From Mytilus edulis (taxonomy: Eukaryota), in assembly GCF_963676685.1 (NCBI RefSeq), contig NC_092347.1, positions 55,118,001 to 55,182,000 of the forward strand: 64,000 bases of DNA. The letters run 5' to 3'. Both the position numbers and the translations under genes were made by a program. Positions 25,956 through 38,552 of the stretch are shown here, piece after piece (the stretch's first letter is position 1; each line of letters starts with the position of its first letter). The notes below the pieces were generated by a model. It saw only the letters and a list, made by a program, of their open reading frames with translations. It was not told the DNA's origin and did no database searches.

Positions 25956-26166
25956 TCGAAAAACTAAGGATTTTCTTATCCCAGGAGAAGATTACCTTAG
26001 CCGTAGTTGGTACAAATTTTTGGAATTTTTGGTCCTCAATGCTCTTCAACTTTGTACTTGTTTGGCTTTTTAACTGTTTTGATATGAGCGTCACTGATAA
26101 GTCTTATGTAGACGAAACGCGCGTCTGGCGTATTAAATTATAATTCTGGTACATTTGATAACCATT
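25956..26166 (+). mobile_element. retrozyme-type repeat locus C (5'-truncated unit)
   Basis: Aligns closely to 24339-24549. Confidence 0.8.
26086..26130 (+). ncRNA. hammerhead ribozyme with G8-to-A core substitution
   Basis: GAGCGTCA-CTGATAA-GTCTTATGTAGAC-GAAA-CGCGCG-TC-TGGCG. Stems and GUC site are intact; the core reads CUGAUAA rather than CUGAUGA. Confidence 0.7.
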
Positions 26167-29127
26167 TTAGATCATTTTATATCTCATATCATTATCGAAA
26201 GTTTGAAAGTAACTAAGATTACATACTAGTAAATGGCAAGTCTGAGTTTGGTTGCCTCTATTTCTTATCATTGGGGTAATGGGGACGATCTCCGACTGTC
26301 AAGAATAAAAAGGTTTTTATAAGCAAGCAGAGTAAATCGTCTGCTCCCACGTCAGCCAAAAATTTTTGCTATTCTGAATGCTTTTAATAACCAGGACCTT
26401 GTACATAGGTACGTTTGAAAGACTAACTGACTGCTAGTCTTCTTTAAATTTCAGTTGGATGCGTTTAATTCAGTATTAGTAAAAGTGGGAGAAAATATCT
26501 ACAGATTGCTTTTTGTTGTTAATAATTATTTATGATTTGACTCTTCAATTCAAAGATTATCTTCTTCTGACTGCAGTTAGTTTAAGAGTATATATTTCTT
26601 TATCGTACTTCGGATTATATGCAATTTCAACATCTTTCCATGGAAGTAAAAATTTGATACAAAAAAGCGGTTATGTTTATAAACGTATCAATAGTTAAAA
26701 GCTCTTTAAAAGATATATACCAAGGTAATACTAATACATAAACACTGAGGAAACCGTATGAACTCAAAATCTTTGATCAACACTGCCTCCATGTTTCTAC
26801 TCTCGACTGTTCTTATTCCACAGGCAATAAGGATGGTCATAGATACTTACTTTGTGGTTTCTACGTTTAAAATACCAGACCGACACATCTATAGAGCAGT
26901 TATTCTGCATGAAATGTAGACTACATCTCTACTGGTTGTATCCCTGTTCAAATCCCTTAGAAAATGCCTTCGTCTTGTCTGGAACAACAAGATGTTCAAG
27001 GACAATCAATTCCTCGTTGACCTATCATCTGCACTTTTCCATTTTGAAGCTTTTGAAGTTCGTTACTTTTTGTAACGATTCTTCGATCAAGGATGTTGTC
27101 CTATATACCTTTAAGCTCAGACATAATTGATCTCCGGAAAAAATCAGAGACGATTTTCTCATTATATTTTTATTTATGGGTCTGTAAAATTCACTTTTAG
27201 ATGTAGTTCTCTTTGGACGACTTCATATTCGTTTATTTCAGCTAAATCTTCACCAACATTACATTCAAGATTTATCTTCACCGAAATTGGATTTGGATTC
27301 CAGCTTTAAAAAAAATCGTAATCCAATGCTTCAATCTTTATCCCCTCGACTTCAGTTTTGACTACACAGGGAAAATATTATGAGGGGCTTTCTTCTGTAC
27401 AAATCAAATATTGAACACTGCTGCATCCATTCTAGATCGGGATGCTGGAGGGACAATTCTTCACAGGTGTCTGGTAACCAAATTGTATAAAACCACACAT
27501 CTATTTTGATAGTATTTTATCGACACAGCAGTAGTTCTGGTAACCGATGACACCACAGTTGTCAATTATCTGAAGAATCAGAGGGGAACTCATTGTTACT
27601 CCTTGTAGAAAATAGCCAGAAACAGTGTATAAAGTTCTTGTTACCTCAACTACTAAAAGCTATAGATCGTCAATTCTAGAAATTTAAGTGCATGTATTTC
27701 GAGCGGGTCAGACTGTATATATGATAAGTTTATATCTCTTTATTCTAGCATATCTACCGTGAAAAGGTGATATGCATGGCGCTGAATCCTCCTTGGGGTT
27801 TAAATTGAGTTCTGTCAGCCCTTCATTCTACTAATTTTGAATCAGCAGATATCGTATTTCTATCTTAAACATGCTGTGTTTTATTAGTTTTAGCTTCTGT
27901 TTGATGGTCTTGAAATTCCTACGGTTTTAGTTTTAATAGGACTGGACTTTATTTAAGCATGCCTCTTTAGAAGAATTTTTGTCCACAGAGTCCTCTTGTA
28001 TAATGAGAACTCATCTACTAGTATTTCACATTACTAACCCTCTATGTTTTCCGATGCATGAATTGTTTCTCTCTGAGGCCTATAGGTAAATCGTGGTTAC
28101 AGCGCAGTAACGGCACAAAGGGTAACTGTGTATCCCCCTTTTCTGTGTCTTTGGAGAAATGCAATGAGGGAGGTTCGAGATTACTTATGCTCTAAACCGG
28201 TTATATATTTCACTTTCAGTTCGACGAATCCGTTTGTTGTTATGACGCAATATGATGATAACACTCTTAATTTATGATGGCAGGCATAAATTAAAAAGAA
28301 AAACACTTCAGTTTACTGTAAATATGAATACATTTATAAACGAACTATGACGAACCTATATATACTTGAGAAATGAATAGACTAGAAACAAAAAAGAGTA
28401 ACGAACAATATTTTGTATGTCTATAGATCCTCAAAGTTTATTAATAGTGCAGGAATGCTGAGCATTTATTTAAACATTGTATTGTTATGTCTGATATTAC
28501 AAATACAGGGATACAAATGTTTAGATACTATTTCAACCATAACAAAAACCGATCTTCATATTTTACAGAAAAAAAACCGAATAGTTGAAGTGTTTTTATC
28601 TCCTATACATTTCTAGGAATATGATTAGTTAAAATCAACCGCGTGGAAACCATGTATATTTAATATTTGATTAGAAAGCGGCCTTACTTCACTGGTTAGT
28701 AGTGGTGTTACGTCCCTTAATGAAAACAACACGATCTTAAGGATAAACAGACGAAAAAATTGATAAACTATTGAAACAATTTGTTACACAGTGCTCTTCG
28801 CTATCACCCCATGAATTTACTGACTACAATATTTATCGTCTTAGATTACTAGCACACTATGTAACTAAAAATATTTTGTCAGAAAATTACTAATAAATGA
28901 GCAGATGTGGCTCAACTAGACCGAAAGAATATGTACTCTTCCTGTGTTACTTAGGAACAATTTGTATTAAGCTATATCACTATGTATTACAGTTTTACCT
29001 GGCTGCTCAAACAATAACTACGTTGAAGACATCAAATTAATATTTGAAATACTTGAAAATATACGTCAAATAAACAAATGTGTGTTAAAGTTAAATCGTC
29101 AATAACGTGTTTTCTCTCAATTTACAG

Positions 29128-29237
29128 GGGCAGTTGTACGTGAAACAAGACAGGAATCTCAGTCTAATTGTGCAGATAAAAAATATTTTAATATAACTGT
29201 ATTTTTAACTTATTTTGCTGTTATTGTGCATCTTTGA
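29128..29237 (+). CDS. exon 3: stalk and probable GPI-anchor signal
   Basis: TTTCTCTCAATTTACAG| acceptor in phase 1. Encodes RAVVRETRQESQSNCADKKYFNITVFLTYFAVIVHL*: small-residue omega region SNCA, a spacer, a hydrophobic C-terminus, and no cytoplasmic tail. Confidence 0.75.
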
Positions 29238-30435
29238 TTTTTATAATATTTTGAAACAATTGTTGGTGTAAGAAAGACGGGTGACTACATTGATGGAGTC
29301 TAAATTATATATAAAGGTTAATATATTCTCCTGATACCCTCTAAGGCCTTATGTTGTCAGAATGTTGCAGAAACCTTCGGAATTCTTTCACCTTCTTTTA
29401 GTGACAATTTCAATTTCAATTGAACCAACCTTGTGCTTGTCATCCTGATGGACTTGCTTTACTGAACTTACAAAATAGATGCATTGTTTAATTTGTGTTC
29501 GTCCTACATATGTATCGACTGTTTGTCAATAGACGTGAAACCAACTCAACAAACGAATTATTTTTGGTACACAAAAATTGTTAACTAATTCTTATCTTTT
29601 TCGATTTTTTTTAGTAGGGTTTCCTCCATAAAATAATTCAATAATTATCAAAGGTACTAGGATTATAATTTAATACGTTTCTGTTGTTTAGGTATATAAC
29701 ACCATTACACGGTTAGACGCGTCCATAAAGTGATCGAAAAGAAATATTCCCTTTAATTTGACAGCTGTAGGAAATTAGCCCTGCGTTTCATTGCATAACA
29801 ATTTTTCTAAGTCATAAACACAAAGCTTTTGTGTTTAAAGCACCATTTTTGGGGGTGTTTCTGTAATACGTTTTTATTCTTGAGGAGTTTGAAATGTTTT
29901 TTTGAAAACAGGACTAAAGCTTGTTAACAAGGGGAAACGGCGGGAGAATTTGATTGATTAACTTTCAGTGATGGTTATTATCTTATATGCAATGAAATGT
30001 TGTGTAAATATTGTTAGTTGTACTGGGTAGGATAAAGCTTTTCTCTGCCAAGTATTTCTTTATTTAAAACAAAGATATATTCTGCACAATATTTTTTACA
30101 AATTTAACAAAGACCAGTAAGAGAAATCAGTGGTGGTATTACTCAATTACGAATTAGTGATATATCATATAACATCATAATTTTAGCGGTAACAATAACG
30201 ATTTCAAATCGACAATTTATGTTTCAAATGATCTTTGGTACATACCAATTTACTTTGAATTTCAACATGACTTGTAATGTTTGTGGTTGCTGTTTTGTAA
30301 ATAGCTGTGTTTATGAAAATATTTATCATTCATTTGTATAGTAAATCATTTTCTTTACTTTCTATAAACCATATATATAATTATTTGCATCATTTTTATT
30401 TGTCAATGTTATTTACATGGTCATGTATATGTTTG

Positions 30436-30441
30436 AATAAA
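30436..30441 (+). terminator. candidate polyadenylation signal of the Ig gene
   Basis: AATAAA following an AU-rich ~1.2-kb putative 3'UTR. Confidence 0.4.
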
Positions 30442-30672
30442 ACTGTATATTGGAAGTTCAAGACAACTATTACTATGTATTGTGTGATATTGATATACTA
30501 TTATGCACAATTCAATTCTTCTCGCAACCATTCAATTTGACGGAAAGCGAATACAGTATCATATAGAACATCTGCCAATTGCTCAAATTCTTATGTTTTC
30601 AAAAAAGCGAAAGGGAAAAATAAGTACATCTAAATAAAAGATGTAATACTGCTTAAGATTCTGTGAAAAAGT

Positions 30673-31085
30673 TAACTCCATGGAAAATTCAAAAAGGAAA
30701 GTCCCCAATCAAATGGCAAAATCAAAAGTTCAAACACATCAAACGAATGGATAACAACTGTTATATTCCTGACTTGGTACAGGCATTTTCTTGTGTAGAA
30801 AATGGTGGATTGAACCTGGTTTCATAGCTAGCTAAACCTCTCATTTGTATGACAGTCACATCAAATTCCATCAAATTGTCACCGATGCGTGAACAAAACA
30901 AACAGACACAATAGGTAAAAATGTCAAAAATAGGGGTACAGCAGTCAACATTGTGTTATCATCTTAATCACTATAAAAACAACAAATGTAACGAAGAAGC
31001 ACAAAAAGGCATACATCCTCATTTTGCTTATATTATACGATTTTATTTATCTATGTAAAATGCACCCATAAAGGATGGAGGGGTT
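30673..31085 (+). repeat. dispersed repeat, longer copy of the 10583-10885 family
   Basis: Direct sequence match to 10607-10885. Confidence 0.75.
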
Positions 31086-33390
31086 TAAGTACTGATGTAA
31101 AATTGCGCGTTTGAAATTCGCACAGGTAGACATGAAATAATTTTGTCGTTCAAAGTATGATGGGATACATAAATACAGTCACGTAAAATAGACAAAAAAC
31201 AGATAATAAGTAAAATAATAGTGTGGTTTAAAGTATGACGCGTAAGTTGACTTACATTAACTGTTTCATTAGTTCGAGTAACAAACCAAGGCAACCTTAT
31301 CTGGCTGTAGGTAAAATATCAGTCCGTACCATTCCTAATCCACGTGTCCTTTACGATATCTACGTCAAAGAAAACTTAAGCACCTGAGATCACCCCTAGT
31401 TTTTGGTGGGGTTCGTAATGTTTATTCTTTACTTTTCTATGTTGTGTCATGTGTACTATTGGTTTTCTGTTTGTCTTTTTCATTTTAGCCATGGCGTTGT
31501 CAGTTTGTTTTAGATTTATGAGTTTGACTGTCCCTTTGGTATCTTTCGTCCCTCTTTTAAGCAAAAGCTGTTGACACTTAGATGGTAAAATATTTCGGAA
31601 CTTGCATGCTTCTGTCCGAAGTAAATTCAATAAAGATGGAGATGCTCTCCACTTTCAGTTCTCATACAGTTGAAATTATACTTAACCAAAACTAGAAATT
31701 ACTGAATGTAGAACATAGTCAGTTTATGAAAATAACTTATCAAAGATACTAGCCTTACAAGTTTAGTATACTATATATGCGCTAAATCTACACAATGTTC
31801 ATCAGTGATGCTAAAATTCAAATAATTGGGATGCTAAATAAAAAAAAATTATGTAAAAGTGTTCAAAATCCGGCAAAGGTTGCCTTTGACTGTGGTAAAA
31901 TAAACAAAACAAAATAAATGAAAAAGCGAGTACTGCGCAGTTTAGTTATGAAATAGCGAAAACAATGCCGACACAATATTAATCTACAAGAGAATGAAAG
32001 GATTAGTAATAAAATTTGGACTATCAAAATATGTTTCTTTATCCATTCTAACAATAGATGTATGTCTAATGAAAGGTCATTGTTTTCCACACATATTTGC
32101 AATAATAGTATATGTGCTTCATGAGAATATATGTTGTTTGTTAATTTATTGTGTTCATATGCTACTTGATGTTGTGGTTGCTTGTCTTTTTGTGTTGATG
32201 CAAATATCAAATTCGATTTGTGTTTTCTTTTAAGGTTCATTTTCTTCAGATTGTCCTATTAGTCACGGTTGAAGTAGGATTTTCATTAAAGCAGAAGGGC
32301 ATACTGTTAGAAAAAAACCTCAGGTTCAAATAAAGGGTACAATAAAAAAAAACACCGACAGAAAAAAATACTGAAAACTCAAATCTTTGGCGATAAGGAG
32401 GATACGTTCGTATACCTATTCCTTTCCCAAGTATGAAGTGCTCCTTACTAGTAAGATGTATTTACAGAGCTAGTCATAAAACCAGGGTCAATCCACTTTT
32501 TTCTTCATAAGAACATGCCTGTACCAAGTCAGGAATTTGATAGTTGTTATCCATTCGTTTGATGTGTTTGAACTTTTGATTTTGCCATTTGATAAGGAAC
32601 TTGAATTTTCCTCGGAGTTCATTATTTTTGTGATTTTACTTTTTACAGAGTTTTCTTTAAAAGATAATCAGGATAATTGACGATTGGTGTCAATGTCAAT
32701 GAAACCTATTACACTTGTCGTACCATAAGATGCATCATTAGTCTTAAATGTATGTAACTGAAATCAGAAACAGAAGAATTCACAAAATAAAGTTACATTC
32801 TGTCAAACATAAACACGATAGAGTGATCTCTTAGCTTTGGACACTATGATGCTAATATGCACCAAAAGTAAACCAAGATACGTAATTACAATGATTCTGC
32901 AATCATGTTTTTTCAATACAAAATGAATTTCCATTGCAGAGAACTTGTTGCTTAACAAACATATCGTATTAACACAACGATCATGTTTACACAAACTAAT
33001 TAGCAAAGGCTTCAGATCACTAGAAGGCAAGGAAAAAGGATACAAAACCGATAAAATGTTTTAGCATGAAATGATAAATTGGCTGTCATTTAAGATAAAT
33101 GTGCTTAGTAATTTATTGGGTTTATGACTTGGATGGTCAGAACTATTCAAAATCAATGTCAAAATCAGTCGATATATATATGGTCAGCATATTTCTCAAA
33201 AATGGATTCCTGAGTATGTGATGTTAATTTGGAATCGAGAAAAGAGATTTCCTTTGAGTGCATTTACATGAAGGATTAAAATCCAAAAGTTGGTATAAAC
33301 GCAAATTTAAATACTCGATGAGTTTAAAAAAAACTGATTACACAGAAATTAAACAAATATTTCTCTTATATCAATAAATTCATAGACAAC

Positions 33391-33526
33391 AACTGTTAAG
33401 TGTCTTTAAATATCAGCTGTTTGTGTACTAGGCTAAGAAAAATGTGTAATACGAGCTCCAACGAGCCTTTTCTTCTGTTTTGAGTCGAGTACAAATACAG
33501 CTGATATTTAAAGACACTAAACAGTT
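33391..33526. repeat. inverted repeat / fold-back MITE core
   Basis: 39-nt arms (33391-33429 and 33488-33526), 36 of 39 complementary. Confidence 0.75.
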
Positions 33527-36500
33527 ATTGACTTTATCCTGCAATTAATTTTGTGCATCCAAATTGTTGAATTTTTGTTGTTGAGAGAAATCGACATGAC
33601 TTAGATAAAGGCAAAAGTAGTATACCAATGTTCAAAATTCATAAATTAGATGAAGATAGCACAAAAAAATCCGGTTTACAACTTAAAGTGAGGGAAACAA
33701 ATCAACTATCCATAACACTGAAGTGCAACAAAAACAAACGCCAACATACATATAACAAAATATTTGCTTAGACCTGCCATATTCCTGACTTGGTACAGGA
33801 TATTTACAAGGTATGTACAAGAACAAATGGTGGGTTAAACCTGGTTTAATGTATATTCAAACCTCCCGCTTTATGATAATGTTAAAAAAAATAACGTTAA
33901 ATGACAACACTACGTGAAAGAAACAAACACTCGCAAGAACACTCATCACAGAGAACCACACGTCAAGTAAATAAGATAATAGTCAACACTTGAAGGACGT
34001 ATCCGGGTGCGGGAATTTCTCTGTTGGTGATCTTCTGCTGTTGTTTTTTTTTCTATGGTCGGGTTGTTGTCTCTTTGGCACATTCCCCATTTCCATTCTC
34101 AATTTTAAATTTTACAAAATGCAAACCGAACATATTCCACCAGCGACATACACCACAGGATATTAAAAACTGTGACGCGCTTACGTAACTAACATGCAAT
34201 CTCGAACTTTATAAAATATTTTCATAATACTCGTCCAAACAATTTTCATGACAATGATGTCTGATCTGTGGTCGGGTTGTTGTCTCTTTGGCACATTCCC
34301 CATTTCCATTCTCAATTTTGTTGAATTGCTGTTAAACTGTATATTTAAGCAATTATCAAAACAATCACATTTCTCCAGTGTTAAACAAAGAACAAACCAA
34401 AATATTTCAATACTGAGAAAACAATAATTAAGAAAGAGTTGAGGCCAATTTTCCCTGAATTATTCAAACCAAGGTACTTTTCAAAAAGTGTTTTAATCTA
34501 ACTAAGATTCAAGTATAACATCTCCATTTTTTTTCATTTGATGTTCCATTACAATAACATGGATTGCATAAACATAAAGTCAAATCATTAACACCTGGGG
34601 ATATCTGAAAACGACAATTGATATTTTTTTCAATAATTCTTTTTTATTCCAGAATTTTATTCGTATCCATAAAACTGAGGGTTTTTTTTTTCTGAAATAA
34701 TTTACATTTTGTCTTTCGAATCTTAAAGAATCTTAAATTTTGGTTAAACACATCATTGAAAACAATATTTAATAACAAAGAAGTAAGATATTATGAAATT
34801 ATCTAGAAATGATATTCGATTTCGAGTAGAGTTTGAAGACTTTTTTTTTTTACATTTTCACCGATTGATTTGACCACACATAGTTTTCAAAAGAATGAAG
34901 TTTGATGCGAATGTCAGACAAATGAGATGTTTAGCTAACTATAAAACCAGGTTGAATCCATCATTTTCTTCAGAAGGAAATACCTGTACCAAATCAGGAA
35001 TATAAACGTTGTTTTCCATTCGTTTGATGTTTTAGCTATTGATTTTAGTATTTGATAAATGGCTTTCTATTTTGAATATTCTTTGCAGTTCGGAATTTAA
35101 CTTTTTAGATTCACAATGTGTCATCCGTAGAGGATAAAAAATACTGGACAAATTGGCTCCATCTCTGTTGATATATATCAAGGGTATAGATACGCATCAT
35201 GAACGGACCAATCTAAGAGTTGTATGGGATTATCAAAATAAACCACAAAAACATGTACAATGACAAAAAGAGACCGTTAGGGGTTCTTATCACATTAGAA
35301 TATTAAATCAATTCTACCTTTATATAAAATTAAAATGCCCTTCGTGAATAGGACGACATTCATATTCTTAGATGAGAATCGATAACAAAGTTACTCGTTT
35401 ATTATTGAATCAAATTATGTGAATTAGTCGACACACATTAGTAAACATTGTCATAAAAAATATAAAAAATCTAAATACAATCGCATAAATGTCAATATAA
35501 AATCTTCTAAGTTATTTACGAGATGTATATCTAAAGTTTCCAACTTGTGAACCATACAGTTAAATACTAAATATAGTTGCATAACTACACCACACAGATT
35601 CGAAAGAATCTGATCTGGGTCGATTCATTATATGGCCCAACGTTGTAAAGAGAATTATCTTGATGATAATAACTATTGAGGAAACAGCCAAGTTCCTCGT
35701 AGATTTATTCTCTTCTTACTTATCTGGTACACATATACAAAATGAACAACAGAACTACTCTTTTTTTCTAAAACCCTCAGCACAACTCACCATTTATTCC
35801 AAATAAAACATTTTTTGTTGAATGTTTAATATATTTTCAAAAGTACTTTTTTTTTTATATCTAATAAAATCTCATTAACAATGAACAAAACTAATTGTGA
35901 CGTACACGTTAATGAGACAGAAATCATATGCCAAAAACCAACAAAACATATGTTGATGACTTAGAACATGTAAAGACTAATTCAACCGAACCACAACTAA
36001 TATTTTAGATTACCCGGCCTTCCGAAGTCAGTGCTATGACAGCAAATCAGCTAGTGTAACAAGAAGATTGTTTCAAAGATAATTTTCAAAACTTCAGGCA
36101 AGTAGATTTGATATTCCATATTTCTCAATCGCAGTAAAACTAATTTCTCCAGCACTTTTTAGTTTTGAATATGTTTTTTATGTTCTGACTTTTTTTTAAA
36201 TATGCATATTTGCTTCTTGAACATGGCTAGACTAATCCAAAAAAGGGCATTTTAAAAGTGGTATTTTCATTTTTGAATAAAGTTTATCTAGGAACGCGTG
36301 TTGAGCGTCATGACATAAGATCTTTTAAAACGCGCCATCATCATTACTAATAAATCATCATGTTTCTAATACTTTTAGATTTATATTTTCATTTTATAAT
36401 GGTGGAGTTGAATAAACACGTTAGTGCTGCACATTGTAACAAAATGTTTTGCTTTCTGATAATTATTCTGACGTAATCTAAACATTATAGCCTACATAAC

Positions 36501-38552
36501 CGGACCATTTTGCTTCCCCAAAAGGACAATACCAATCTAAGTTTGTCTAATATTGGATATATGATCATCATATAGACACCGAAATGATTATAAAGAACTA
36601 TAATTGTTTTCTAAATGAAATAAAATGATGGCTTATGTCTCTGCGAATTGTATGTCATAGTCTGTTCTACTAACGCTGACTTTTTATGTAGTTATGATAA
36701 TTAAGCGATTTGTAAGAGTGCACATGCTGGTTGAATGATAATAATAGACTTTTATGTTGTAAGTCTTTATAAGATCAAGGTCTTAATATACAGGAATAGT
36801 AGAAATCTACGATTAGCAATGATTCATTAAAGAAAAAAATAGCATTCACAAATGAACTATTAAAATGAGTCCAATGTCAGAAGGAACATGTCAAAGTCAT
36901 TTACAAATTGCATTCAATTTATCAATCGAATCTGGATCTAATACATTACTAGTATATATTTTGTCCTATTTCTATATTAACTACATTACTTATTTCTTAT
37001 CAGTATATTTTGAGTGCGGGTAACAGCACAATTCCTAGAGTTAAATGAAGTGCTGTTGGTCATCTGTCATATTTTTTTTCGTAAATTGTTTTGTTATGAA
37101 CGAGGCCGTTAGTTTTTTTTATTGAATAGTTTTATATTATTTATGTTGGGGCATTTTATAGCCGATTATATGGTATGTGTTTTCTCGTTGTTGAAGGCCG
37201 TACTGTTGCCTATAATTGAATACGTCCACTTCATTTGAACTTTGGTGGATAGTTGTCTTATTGTCAATCATACCGCATCTCTTTATTTTTATATGTATGT
37301 TGGATGTGTACTGGAAGATGATTTATCTTCAAATCGGTACTTTAGATCTTTTGTCTTCTGTTGATAAGTTTCGTGCCATTCTGACAAGGAAGCCTTTCCT
37401 ACTATACTTTCAACAGTTTAGTCGTGTGTTTTGCTTTCATACCACAGATATATTTGAGCACCCACAAACATTTTATCCCCGCTGCATATCACGGTTTCTA
37501 GTTCTGTTTTATAAAGCCAGGATCAAATTACTTTTTATTATATGGTTGTCGTTTTTTGCTGTCTGAAATAATTTTTTTCTTGGTGTTATTGATTAAGCAT
37601 ATACCAGTTCGTTTGGGTTTCAACATTTAACATGAGATCTGTCAAAACACGTTTAACCCACCGCATTTTTGGGCTTGTCCCAAGTAAGGAACACCTAGTC
37701 TTTGTTAGTCTTGTGTGCGTGCGTGCGTGCGTGTTTGTTTGTTGCTTTTTTTTTTTAAAATTTGGTTCATTTATGTTACGGAGTTTTGTGTGGTGTTCTT
37801 TTCGCTGAAATTGTGTATAGGGGCAAACCAGCGCGTGCGGAATATTCTTGTGCTGCGTTAAAGTCCAATTGATGGATTTGGGCGGTTTTCTGCTCCATAG
37901 TCAGATTGTTGTCTATCGTAAACGCTTTTTTACACATTTTTCGTTTCCATTCTCAAATCTATCCTATAAAGCTATTATACGATATGGGTTTAATTAACTG
38001 ATGAAGGTCATACAGTTACTTAAAGATGCTTTCAACCATGTTCTTTGTTCCTTTAGTAATGGTGACATGTTCTGTCATTGCCAATCATACCACGTACCCC
38101 GTCTTATCATTTGTAAATTATTGTATTTTCTTCTAAGTTAAACAGAGACACATGAATAAGTAAATATACATTTATGGCTCTGGTTAAATCATTTATGAAG
38201 GAAAAGAAAGCGTTTCATACATTATAATTTTTTATAATTAATTTGTTCTGTTTTTTTTCCAGTTGATGCTCTTCCGATATGGGAGATAGTGAGAATGCGT
38301 CATTTCAAAAGCAGATTCTATGAGAATGTAATCGTAACAACAAATGGAAGTGTTTAACGACCTTGACTGGCTATACAGCCCTCGCACGGTCGGCTCGGTG
38401 CCCGAAGGCGATTGATGAGCATTTAAATATTTTCTGCCGTGGGTCAGGAACAGGTAGTAAGGACGCCGAATGGAGGCCGCCATCTTGGTTTTGGTGAGTT
38501 GATTTTGGTTTTTTACTATTTTGATGTTATTCTTCACAACGGCTGCTTTCAG

